Source: Synechococcus sp. (GTDB lineage Bacteria; Cyanobacteriota; Cyanobacteriia; PCC-6307; Cyanobiaceae). From it: 64,000 nucleotides of DNA. Shown here one piece after another: positions 23,901 to 33,531 of the stretch. The stretch's first letter is position 1, and every line of letters starts with the position of its first letter. A program made the position numbers and the translations under genes. Under the pieces are notes generated by a model. That model saw nothing but the letters and a program-made list of their open reading frames with translations, did not search any database and was not told the origin of the DNA. The stretch is from positions 288,001-352,000 of the forward strand of contig JBJBEO010000001.1 in assembly GCA_047284725.1 (NCBI GenBank), given 5' to 3'.

Positions 23901-24409
23901 CCCTTGGCATTCTTGCGGTGTTTCTTGTTCTCTCGGCGCAGTACGAGAGTTACACCGACCCCATCATCATTCTGCTCACGGTTCCCACAGCGTTGCTCGG
24001 TGCACTGGTGTTCCTTGGGGCAGCTGGCCAGGTGCTCAACATCTACGCCCAGGTCGGTCTTGTGATGCTGATCGGTTTGGCAGGCGGGAACGCGATTTTG
24101 ATCGTCGACCTCGCCAATCAGCAGATGGGTGAAGGGGCTTCTGCGCTGGAGGCGGCGCGGTTTGCCGCCCAGTCGCGATTGCGGCCGATCTTGATGACAG
24201 CGATTTCATCGCTGACAGGATTTCTGCCGTTGATGCTGGCCAGCGGAGCCGGTGCCCAGAGTCAGTCTTCGCTTGGTCTGGTGGTGTTCGGGGGGTTGTT
24301 GGTCGCCACCTTCCTGTCCACCTTGGTGGTTCCGGTGTTTTACGTGGTGATGAAGTCCTTGACAGGTCAGGCTGAAGCCAGGCCAGCTGCTGACACTGAG
24401 GTGGGTTGA
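20999..24409 (+). CDS. RND efflux permease, AcrB/HAE1 family
   Basis: FITRPV, PDIAPP, GLVVDDAI, RLRPILMT motifs; 1136 aa. Confidence 0.95.
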   Translation: MSASNNFITRPVLSTVCSLLIVIVGLIAIPILPIENLPDIAPPTVKVQATYVGADAVSVEQGVTTVLEQQINGVEEMDFITSNSSSDGVSSISVSFNSGTDGNINQVNVQNRVSLAEPQLPEEVRKAGVTVNKASNSILLVYNFVNSDPDKTEYSVETISGYLDKNLTDNIKRVPGVGEVTYFGNRKVAFRLWLDPEKLAANGLTPTDVVNQLRSQNRLVPAGKVGGAPAPDGQEFTFTVQLQGRLTSETEFENIVLRTTADGGLIKLRDVGRVSLGGETYGIDAMDLNGIPSVGVAVYQLSGSNAIQVSNGVKEVIADFEQTLPVGLESEVIYDTTDFINQSIKGVTNSLRDAVILVVLILFLFLQNWKATLVPAIAIPVALIGTFALVLAFGFSLNQLTLFGLVLATGLVVDDAITVVEDTSAKKAEGLTSVQAAMATMDELFSAVIATSLVKMAVFLPVLFFPGATGTIYKQFAATILFSIGISTFNALTFSPMLAALLLSRETKELTKQQYATAGVCLGFVYGLLSAGDGAAVVILPAVVGALLGFVLSKLTGLSLRLPGAVGGAVVGLVVVGVTNLIPVVLFTAIGGGVGWFVPVIFARFNILYAAFEQRYSKLLDLVLKARPVVMGALAVGILLTGFAFTRIPGGFVPIEDQGYAIGFVQAPDGVSNETTLAINRKVAEVLRSEDDIKAAALFSGASLDGNAPNKGLFFFGTKHWDERSGNEQSVKAIVERLNKKLFMTVDGGRVFVVEPPSIPGYGAGGGFEFQLLDQSSGAYALNQFFASAGQIIQAGNANPLLNRVYTLFSPESPQIEIKVDRDRMASLGVDFGTAMQAFSVNFGGAYVNDTFQEGKVRRVYVQSDEANRATPEQLSTLYVKNIKGDQIPLAEFFTVKPTNGPSVIPHFNLYRSIKIEGTPAAGRSSGQAIGTMKTLFTDGNFQGLGFDWTGISREEVKAGSLAVVIFALGILAVFLVLSAQYESYTDPIIILLTVPTALLGALVFLGAAGQVLNIYAQVGLVMLIGLAGGNAILIVDLANQQMGEGASALEAARFAAQSRLRPILMTAISSLTGFLPLMLASGAGAQSQSSLGLVVFGGLLVATFLSTLVVPVFYVVMKSLTGQAEARPAADTEVG

Positions 24410-24720
24410 TGCTTGATCGCAGCTCTTCGGTTCAACAGACCGAGAAGTCCTCAAAACAACGCTTTAACGGTTCGCGAGTGCTGGTGGCCATCGCGATCGG
24501 TGCTGCGGTGGGCGCGTTACTCGCGTACTTCCTCAAAGTGTTGATCGACAACACGCCGGCGGAGATTGATATCCGCCGGATGCGCTTGTTCTTCCTCATG
24601 GTGATCACCTCCTGTGGCTTGGCCGGATTCGCGATTGAATCAACCCGTCAGCTGCAGGAGCAGGCGACAGACCCTGTCTATCGCCATCCCAACCGTCACC
24701 GTGGTCGGCGTGTCAAGTGA
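24406..24720 (+). CDS. hypothetical two-TM membrane protein
   Basis: Two hydrophobic helices; overlaps permease stop, suggesting translational coupling. Confidence 0.65.
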   Translation: MMLDRSSSVQQTEKSSKQRFNGSRVLVAIAIGAAVGALLAYFLKVLIDNTPAEIDIRRMRLFFLMVITSCGLAGFAIESTRQLQEQATDPVYRHPNRHRGRRVK

Positions 24721-24726
24721 CCGTGA

Positions 24727-26430
<1,704 letters not shown>

Positions 26431-26502
26431 TCAGCACCATGGCCATGACCACTTCTCGTAGCTATTGCTCAGAGAGAAACGTTCCAGCACCAGGAGCCCA
26501 AG

Positions 26503-26745
26503 GTGATGCAGATCGATCATCCCAATGCAGCCCCCCTCACTGCAGAGCAGGTGGAGGTTCTGGATCGCTTTCGTTTGCGGCTCGAGCAGATGGTGTCCAG
26601 CCATGGCCTCACGCCGTCAAACGTGGATGATCTGGTGCACGAGTTGAAGGCACATCCTCTGATCAGCGTTGAGCTGATGCAGAAGATTCGGGACGAGGTG
26701 GGGCGGCTCCTGCCCGGGCAACGGTTCACGTTTGATTGGGACTGA
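26503..26745 (+). CDS. small hypothetical protein
   Basis: 80-aa ORF with AGGAG RBS-like element upstream. Confidence 0.55.
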   Translation: MMQIDHPNAAPLTAEQVEVLDRFRLRLEQMVSSHGLTPSNVDDLVHELKAHPLISVELMQKIRDEVGRLLPGQRFTFDWD

Positions 26746-27133
26746 CGCCCCCTGGTGTAGTGGGTGCCGGTTGTGCGGGTTCCTTGGGACCACAGACCAC
26801 CGACAACCTGCGGGCCGGACGATCGATGCTGTCGCGGCGTCTGTAGCTGTTCAGGGAGACGACCGTGGCGACCTGGAGCAGTTCCCAGACGGTGTCTTTG
26901 CAGGCTGCTGATAGGCGCGGGTGATCCATCAGCGGGTTGCTGAGGGTTCTGGTCTGATCACAGGATGCCTTTTTGTTTTCTCTGGAGCAGGCGTAGGCCT
27001 TGAGTTCGATTTGCCTGAGGGCATCCCGTGTGGGAAGAGGCACGGAGACCGGTTTGGCGTGAAGATCAGCTGGCACCGCCATCAGCACACAGATCAGGGC
27101 GGGCACCGTTGGTCGCATGGGAATTGCAGTCAT
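26726..27133 (-). CDS. conserved exported hypothetical protein
   Basis: Signal-like N-terminus, four Cys, LMDHPRLSAACKD motif; start uncertain. Confidence 0.6.
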   Translation of the reverse strand: MTAIPMRPTVPALICVLMAVPADLHAKPVSVPLPTRDALRQIELKAYACSRENKKASCDQTRTLSNPLMDHPRLSAACKDTVWELLQVATVVSLNSYRRRDSIDRPARRLSVVCGPKEPAQPAPTTPGGVSPNQT

Positions 27134-28433
27134 GCCGTCATCATGCACTGATTCTGGACTGCCTGGATGGGTCTTGAGACAGCCCATGTCAGATGTCAAC
27201 CTCATGGCGACGCAGAGCACAAACCATTGCATTGAAATAAGGAGGTGAAAATCCAGATGCCCTCATGGTGGAAAGCTCACTCTGTGTTCTTCGGAGGACG
27301 TGATTGATTGAATTGATTGATCTTTGCTCAGAGTTTTCAGCAGTGTTGGGAACTTGTTGTTGGCCCCAAGCTTGCTTCCCATGTTTAGTCAAGGATGATT
27401 CGGGTGGCTAAAAGTGCTTTCCCATTGCAGACTGTGTGATGTTTTACGGTGAGATCCGATCGTTTGTTTTTCTTGATTTGACTTCTTGGAGATGCTTCCA
27501 TGCATTCTTTCGTGGCTGTTCGCGCTGCCTGATTTGGTACCAATAAAAAACCGCAGAGGCTTTTGGTCGGAGCAGATGGAGGCCTTTTTGTTGGTTCTCT
27601 TGGTAAGAAGTGTGGAAATGCTGCCTTTGTCTTCCTTCAGGCATCACGGTGATGAAGTTTCAATTCCCCCCTTTCTAAACTCTTGGGAAAAATAAAGCTC
27701 GGTGCGATGGCACTGCCTTTGAAAACGCTGCATGGAGATCTGCCAGATATCTTGTTGCAGTCCCTTAGAAGGAGGAGGTGTCGTTCTCTCTTTCATCTCA
27801 AGGTCAAAGTGTTGCTGAGTTAGGGGTCGTGCATTGAAATCATTGTTGTCTGGATCAAGCTTCTGCAAGGAGATATCAATTCCTTGTTGAAGAGGGCTTT
27901 GCTTTCGCCCTGGGATTTCATTCCCTGGGTACGCTTAAAGGCTTTTGATCTTGGCACGATTACTTCTTTTCATGCACCATGCAAGGCCAGGTAATTCCTG
28001 GATGGTTTGTTTTTTTTGTTGATGGAAAGTGTATGCTTTTCGTTGGATGCGGAGCCCATGGGGCTTAGGGCTGGTCTTGCCAGGTCGCCTTGCGGCAAGG
28101 TCGCCAAGAATGACATTGGCTTAAAGTGCTGACTAGTGCCATGACTAGTAATGGCAAAAACCTCGTAAAACTCGCTGATAGGAGAGGTTGAGAATGTATG
28201 GATGCTATGCCTTAGTAGAGACAGCTTTCGTAAAAGTGCCCAAATATTTTTTGTGTTGTGGAGTATGAGCCTTGTTCGAGTTTCGATTTATTGGCAACGA
28301 GCCAATTGCAAGTGAATGTCGATTGCTTGCTGTTTGGCTTAGGCATTGCTGCGTACTCTATTGGTTGCAATTTTATATAAAGCGACCATTGCTCTTGCGG
28401 TCACTTTAAAATTCATCAGATCAGTTTTTTGAG

Positions 28434-29444
28434 ATGGAAGAGAGCTTGCAGGAATGCCTAGGACGCTTTGAAGCATTGGGAGGTGTTGCAGAAAATGTTT
28501 GCCAAAGAGAAGGGGACTTTGGGCGCGGCATGTTTCCCGTTGATGCATCGCGCAGTGCGAAAATCATGGCCCCCAAGAACCTTCTTGTTGACAGCGGCAA
28601 TCTGGGGATTTGTGGCGGTGAAATTATGATCAAAGACAAAGCTCGTTATACGGCCCAGGAGGCGGCATTTTTGGGAGATTACTATAATAATTATTCGTGG
28701 GGTAATAATGGAAACAGTGACTCTGCTTCTTTCCTGAAGTTTATTGCTTCTTTGTCAAGCACGATCAAGAAACAGCTTCTTGTCAATGGATTTGTTGATC
28801 GCAAGCTTCTTGGCTACTGTGACGATAGCGATCATTTATTAAAACGATTTATTGATGAGAGGGTCGTCGAATTTCATGGCCGTAATGTGCTTGCTCCTGT
28901 ATGGGAATTTGTGAATCACAGTTCGTTTGTGCCTCCGCTTAGAGTAACTCCTCATGGAGTCGAAACACCACCAATGGAGCGGGGTTCAGGAGAGATTCTT
29001 TTTAAATATAGTGCAAAAAATAGCCCTATGGGCATGTGGAGAAAATATGGATTTGCGTGCAGTTGCGTTGTGGCTTATAGCATTCCTTTTGAAATGACTG
29101 TTGACAATCAACCTCTCTCGGTCAGTTGCTCCGGTCAGCTTGGTTCAGATTCTAAGGATGGGAAAAACTTCTCTGTTGTTGGCAACAGGCTATTGATTAA
29201 GTCTTTGCCGGTGGGTTGTTTATCCGTTGGCCTTCCATTTTCTAACTTTTCTTCGATTTTAGCTTCGGTTGGCTTATCGCAAGCGACTGCGAATAAGTTG
29301 TTCTCAAGAATCCTCGAAGCCAATATTAAGGCCCGCTGCGATCTGATTGGTCTGTTTCAAGGGCCTGGGTTGGGCGCCCAAGCTCAATTGCACAAAGCCT
29401 TGTCCTATGAGATTAGTCTTATTGAGAGCTCTTCGCTTGATTAA
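28434..29444 (+). CDS. putative SET-domain (LSMT/SETD3-like) protein methyltransferase
   Basis: GRGMF (aa 30-34), LAPVWEFVNHS (N161-H162), GEILFKY (Y192) and KYGF (Y205) in the order seen in LSMT-type SET enzymes. Confidence 0.6.
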   Translation: MEESLQECLGRFEALGGVAENVCQREGDFGRGMFPVDASRSAKIMAPKNLLVDSGNLGICGGEIMIKDKARYTAQEAAFLGDYYNNYSWGNNGNSDSASFLKFIASLSSTIKKQLLVNGFVDRKLLGYCDDSDHLLKRFIDERVVEFHGRNVLAPVWEFVNHSSFVPPLRVTPHGVETPPMERGSGEILFKYSAKNSPMGMWRKYGFACSCVVAYSIPFEMTVDNQPLSVSCSGQLGSDSKDGKNFSVVGNRLLIKSLPVGCLSVGLPFSNFSSILASVGLSQATANKLFSRILEANIKARCDLIGLFQGPGLGAQAQLHKALSYEISLIESSSLD

Positions 29445-31158
29445 TCGATCTGTCTGTGCAGGCTATGTCTTTGATGAATTGTTCACCGAGGGATGAGATA
29501 GCCTCTACGTAGGTTAAGTTGTTGAGATTATTTTTATTCTGACTGATTGCTTCTTGGGCGAATTCTCTAAGGTTTTTCATGTCTCCTTCGTTGTAGATGC
29601 TCACTAGATTTGATAGTGCTTCGGGATTGTCAGGATTGATTTCGAGTGATTTGAGGGTAGAAGCAAGTGCTTCGTCAAGATTGCCAAGTTCTTTGTAGAT
29701 GCTGCCCAGGTTCATGTGGGCAGCAGGGTTGTCGGGCTTGAGCTCCAGGGATTGGAGAGTGGAGGCAAGTGCTTGGTCAAGCTTGCCGAGGTCTTTGTAG
29801 ATGTTGCCCAGGTTTATGTGGGCAACAGGGTTGTCGGGCTTGAGCTCCAGGGATTGGAGAGTGGAGGCAAGTGCTTGGTCAAGGTTGCCAAGGGATTTGT
29901 AGATGTTACCCAGGTTCATGTGGGCATCGGGGTTATTGGGCTTGATCTCGAGTGATTTGAGTGTTGAAGTAAGTGCATGATCAAGGTTGCCGAGATCTTC
30001 GTAGATGCAGCCCAGGTTCATGTAGGCAGCAGGGTTGTCAGGCTTGATTTCGATTGATTTGAGTGTTGAAGCAAGTGCTTGATTAAGGCTGCCGAGGTCT
30101 TTGTAGATGTTCCCCAAATTTACGAGAGCAGCAGGGTTGTCGGGCTTGATTTCGATTGATTTGAGTGTTGAGGCAAGTGCTTGATCGAAGTTGCCGAGGT
30201 CTTTATAAATGCTTCCCAGATTCATGTGGGCATCAGCGTTGTCAGACTTAATTTCGAGTGATTTGAGTGTTGAGGCAAGTGCTTGATCGAAGTTGCCGAG
30301 GTCTTTATAAATGCAGCCCAAGTTCATGTGGGCATCGGGGTTATCAGGATTAAGCTCCAGGGATTGACGGGTGGAAGTCAGTGCTTGATTGAAGTTGCCG
30401 AGGTCTTTATAAATGCTGCTCAGGAACATGTGGGCGTCAATATTATTGGGATTGAGCTCCAGGGACTGAAGGACGGAATTAATCGCTTGATCAAGGTTGC
30501 CGAGTTCTTTATAGATGCTGCCCAGGTAGATGTATGCATCAGCGTTGCCAGGTTTGAGTTTGAGTGATTCAAGGACGCAGTCAATCGCTTTCTCGAAGTT
30601 TCCAAGTGTTTTGTAAAAGCTGGCCAGGTTCGTGTACGCATCAGGGTTGTCAGGCTTGAGCTCTAAGTACTGAATGGTGGAGGCAATTGCTTGCTCGAGC
30701 TTGCCAAGATCTTTGTAGATGCTGCTTAAATTGAGGTGATAAACTGCGAAAGCAGGATCGAGATTGCGAGCCCTTTTGACTAACTCTTTTGCGGTGCCAA
30801 GGTCTCCCTGGTCTTTGTAGATCAAGCCAAGGTTGTTGAGTGCTGGTGCATAGTCTGGATCAATCAATAGAGCTGCCTTGTAATATTTTATTGCTTCCGC
30901 TTGGTTCTGTAGGGCTTTGAAGATGTTGCCAAGATCCTTGAGTGTCTCGGGATCGTTGTTGTCTAGATTGTGAGCTTTGGATAGGCACTCTTGAGCCTTT
31001 TCAAGTTGCCCCAAAGCGCGTAATGATTTTGCGGCGAACTTCCAGGCGTCAATATTATTGGGCTCGCTTTGAAGCAGTTGTTGGCAAGCCTGGAGGCACT
31101 CTGGATGGCGTCCAGTGGTTGATAATTCCTGAATGATCTTTTTGTCCACCGAGTGCAA
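29419..31158 (-). CDS. tetratricopeptide repeat protein (~15 TPRs, no catalytic domain)
   Basis: 34-aa repeats with consensus PDAHMNLGxIYKDLGNLDQALASTLKSLELKPDN; start (TTG) uncertain. Confidence 0.92.
   Translation of the reverse strand: MHSVDKKIIQELSTTGRHPECLQACQQLLQSEPNNIDAWKFAAKSLRALGQLEKAQECLSKAHNLDNNDPETLKDLGNIFKALQNQAEAIKYYKAALLIDPDYAPALNNLGLIYKDQGDLGTAKELVKRARNLDPAFAVYHLNLSSIYKDLGKLEQAIASTIQYLELKPDNPDAYTNLASFYKTLGNFEKAIDCVLESLKLKPGNADAYIYLGSIYKELGNLDQAINSVLQSLELNPNNIDAHMFLSSIYKDLGNFNQALTSTRQSLELNPDNPDAHMNLGCIYKDLGNFDQALASTLKSLEIKSDNADAHMNLGSIYKDLGNFDQALASTLKSIEIKPDNPAALVNLGNIYKDLGSLNQALASTLKSIEIKPDNPAAYMNLGCIYEDLGNLDHALTSTLKSLEIKPNNPDAHMNLGNIYKSLGNLDQALASTLQSLELKPDNPVAHINLGNIYKDLGKLDQALASTLQSLELKPDNPAAHMNLGSIYKELGNLDEALASTLKSLEINPDNPEALSNLVSIYNEGDMKNLREFAQEAISQNKNNLNNLTYVEAISSLGEQFIKDIACTDRSINQAKSSQ
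29630..30750 (-). repeat. 102-bp tandem coding repeats (TPR units)
   Basis: Recurring near-identical DNA such as gggttgtcgggcttgagctccagggattggagagtggaggcaagtgcttggtcaag at 102-bp spacing. Confidence 0.9.
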
Positions 31159-31241
31159 TTGGCGTTGCTCAAGATCGATTCTACTGTGATTGAGCGATTT
31201 CTCCAGGTACCTCTAAAGCAAACTTCTGATTGCTCAGCCGC

Positions 31242-31483
31242 TCAGTCTCTCTGTATTCCCTCTCCACATCGCCCTGTCTGACGGTCAAGCTTTCTCTGCA
31301 TGTAAGGCGTGATCCCCAGTTCACCATTACGCCAGAGGCGATCCATCTCACGGGTGAAATGGGCTGCCACCTGAGGTGAATCGATCACCAGCAGGGTTTA
31401 ATCGTTGGTGTGGGCTGCGGACGGGCTCCAGTTGAACGATCCTGTGACCACTGTTTTGTTGTCGATCACGGCGAACTTGTGGT
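31242..31483 (-). pseudogene. displaced 3' end of the PLD-family gene (att remnant)
   Basis: Collinear with 38422-38663 at a constant 7180-bp offset; encodes HKFAVIDNKTVVTGSFNWSPSAAHTND*TLLVIDSPQVAAHFTREMDRLWRNGELGITPYMQRKLDRQTGRCGEGIQRD*; 47-bp identity 31401-31447/38581-38627. Confidence 0.92.
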
Positions 31484-31648
31484 CGACATCCCTGAGATGC
31501 TCCTGGTGATGGGAGGTTTCAGAGCAGCTGAGGATGAGTGAGCCAAAAGACGAGCCAACCAGGGGTGTTTTGGAGGGTTCAGATGGGGTTTTGGCTTGGC
31601 TTGCGGTGGTGGAGCTGATAGGCCGGATTGCAGTTGTGGAGCTGGATC

Positions 31649-32701
31649 TTGAGTAACAAGCCGGCGTTGCGGCGGAACAACGGCAGCATTGTGATCCGGG
31701 TGCGGATCGATGGGGAAGACAAGCGGATCTATCGGTTATGCCGCTGGGATGATCCGGTAGCGGTTGCCAGAGCCCAGGCGATTGCTGCTGAGATCTGGAG
31801 CGATATCCATCGGGGTGAACTGGATGCATCGTTGAGCCGGTATCGCCCTTTGGTGGAGGAAGAGGAGTCCGATTTGATCCGAGGCCTCAAGCACTTGATG
31901 GAGATCAAGCGTCAGGGCCGGGTGACCCACGCGTATCGGACAGTTCAGAGATATGGCCGCTCGATCAGAACCAGCACAGAAGCGGAGGGGGTCGTGGTTT
32001 GGATGCAGCAGCAAGGCCTTGCTGCATCAACGCAGTCAACGATCCTGAGCACGATCCGCAGTGTGCAACCAAGAAACAACGCCCTGCAGGCGGTGAGGGT
32101 GAAGGTGCCTGCCAGACGAGTTCAGGAGGAAGTGCCGAGCAGGCATGAGATCCAGGCGGTTCTGGAGGATCTCAAGACGCATGAACGATGGTTCTATCCA
32201 GTGTTTGCACTGTGGTTAGGAACTGGTTCGCGGAACGCGGAGGTGATTGGTTTGAGCTGGGATGCAGTGCGGTTGGAGGATGGCGAACTGCTGATCCACA
32301 AGACCCTGAAGCGCGATGGAACAGCGACGCATCGACGCACCTGGAGCACCACCAAAACCGGTAGGAGTCGCGTGGTTCCTCTCCGGGAGGATCTGGTGGT
32401 TTTGCTCCAGGTGCACCAGCAGCGGATGAAGTGTCTGGGACTGGATGTTCAGAGGGGACTGGTGTTCGTCACCCACAGAACCCACCGTCACCTCTATGAC
32501 TCAGGGTTGGAGAAGGTGTGGAAGCGATCTCAGCAGCGGGTTGGACTGATGCCAAGGCGTTTGTATGCCCAACGCCATTCCTTCTTGAGTCACGCCTTAG
32601 CAATGGGGAACTCTCCTGCGGATCTTGCTGCTGTTTCCGGCCATCATTCTCTTGTCAATTTGTTTAAAAGATTTGAGTTTATGAATCGAACTTACCGATG
32701 A
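31649..32701 (+). CDS. tyrosine recombinase/integrase with N-terminal arm-binding domain, probably C-terminally damaged
   Basis: TGSRNAE (catalytic R), KTGRSRVVPL, YAQRHSF, LAAVSGH; N-terminal region resembles an arm-DNA-binding domain; no Tyr at the expected distance after GH; start uncertain (TTG 31628 or 31649). Confidence 0.88.
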   Translation: MSNKPALRRNNGSIVIRVRIDGEDKRIYRLCRWDDPVAVARAQAIAAEIWSDIHRGELDASLSRYRPLVEEEESDLIRGLKHLMEIKRQGRVTHAYRTVQRYGRSIRTSTEAEGVVVWMQQQGLAASTQSTILSTIRSVQPRNNALQAVRVKVPARRVQEEVPSRHEIQAVLEDLKTHERWFYPVFALWLGTGSRNAEVIGLSWDAVRLEDGELLIHKTLKRDGTATHRRTWSTTKTGRSRVVPLREDLVVLLQVHQQRMKCLGLDVQRGLVFVTHRTHRHLYDSGLEKVWKRSQQRVGLMPRRLYAQRHSFLSHALAMGNSPADLAAVSGHHSLVNLFKRFEFMNRTYR

Positions 32702-32717
32702 GCATTGGCGGCATAAT

Positions 32718-33521
32718 TTAAGATTCTCTTCGGTATTGTTCTCTCGCTAGTATTGCAACAAGCAACGTATACAAGCTGATGATTAGCAGCTGATAAAATG
32801 ACAGAAAGGGTATTTGTCTTTCGATAATGATGTCTGAACCAAACATCCCCGAACGACTTCCCTTCACAATTAGGACGCCCTTTCGATACTTGTCAATGGT
32901 TTTCTCGATTGATGATGGCTGGATTGATATACTTTTGATATTAAGGCTTGAATGATTAATAAGGCTAGAAAAAATATCACTTAGCCTTGGGTCAGGTATT
33001 CTTTTGCCAAAATAAAGGCATCCATAATTAACCTCGCTTTTGCTACTTTCTGTTGGCGAGATAGGTGATGAGCTTATTAGATATGTGCTGCCAAAAATTG
33101 CCGTAAAGCTACTTCCGCATTCTTGGAATGATGAGGAAATTTCTTTAGTGGTTTCGGGATTTATAGATTCAAACGACTGAGTGTCTTCGCTCCAAACTTT
33201 GCCAGAAACCGGCTCTTTGGCCTCGTTGATGACAATCGCTATCTGAATAACTCTCGATGTATCTTCATTAAAGTTGTCGATAAAGTAATTCTCATATCGC
33301 TGTTTAACCAACTCAACTGTGTCGTCCCAGCTAGCCCAGTCATAAACGTTCGCTTCGTTTTGTTCTACCAAAGCGCTAATAGAATCATTTATTCTATTTG
33401 ATATTTGCTCGTCAACGATTCTGTTGGATCTTATTGATTGAATGGAAGCAGATACAAATAAAAGAGTAGCAAGAGTAATCTGTGCGTAGTAGCCTTGCTT
33501 GCGTTTAAATTCGATAGCCAT
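32718..33521 (-). CDS. membrane sensor with CHASE4-like domain, no output domain
   Basis: TM - extracytoplasmic domain with YDWASWDDT motif and GCLYFGK - TM, then stop. Confidence 0.7.
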   Translation of the reverse strand: MAIEFKRKQGYYAQITLATLLFVSASIQSIRSNRIVDEQISNRINDSISALVEQNEANVYDWASWDDTVELVKQRYENYFIDNFNEDTSRVIQIAIVINEAKEPVSGKVWSEDTQSFESINPETTKEISSSFQECGSSFTAIFGSTYLISSSPISPTESSKSEVNYGCLYFGKRIPDPRLSDIFSSLINHSSLNIKSISIQPSSIEKTIDKYRKGVLIVKGSRSGMFGSDIIIERQIPFLSFYQLLIISLYTLLVAILAREQYRRES

Positions 33522-33531
33522 TGGGTTAAGT

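Noticed and set aside
28291..28305. Additional CGAGCCAA motif as an att arm site
   Set aside because: Isolated 8-mer with no core repeat nearby; expected by chance.
29630..30750. Regularly spaced repeats resembling a CRISPR array
   Set aside because: The period is 102 bp, in frame, with no unique spacers or cas genes; these are TPR coding repeats.
31398..31829. 143-aa minus-strand ORF ending in an HKD motif
   Set aside because: Chimeric read-through from integrase antisense sequence into the displaced PLD tail; not a real gene.
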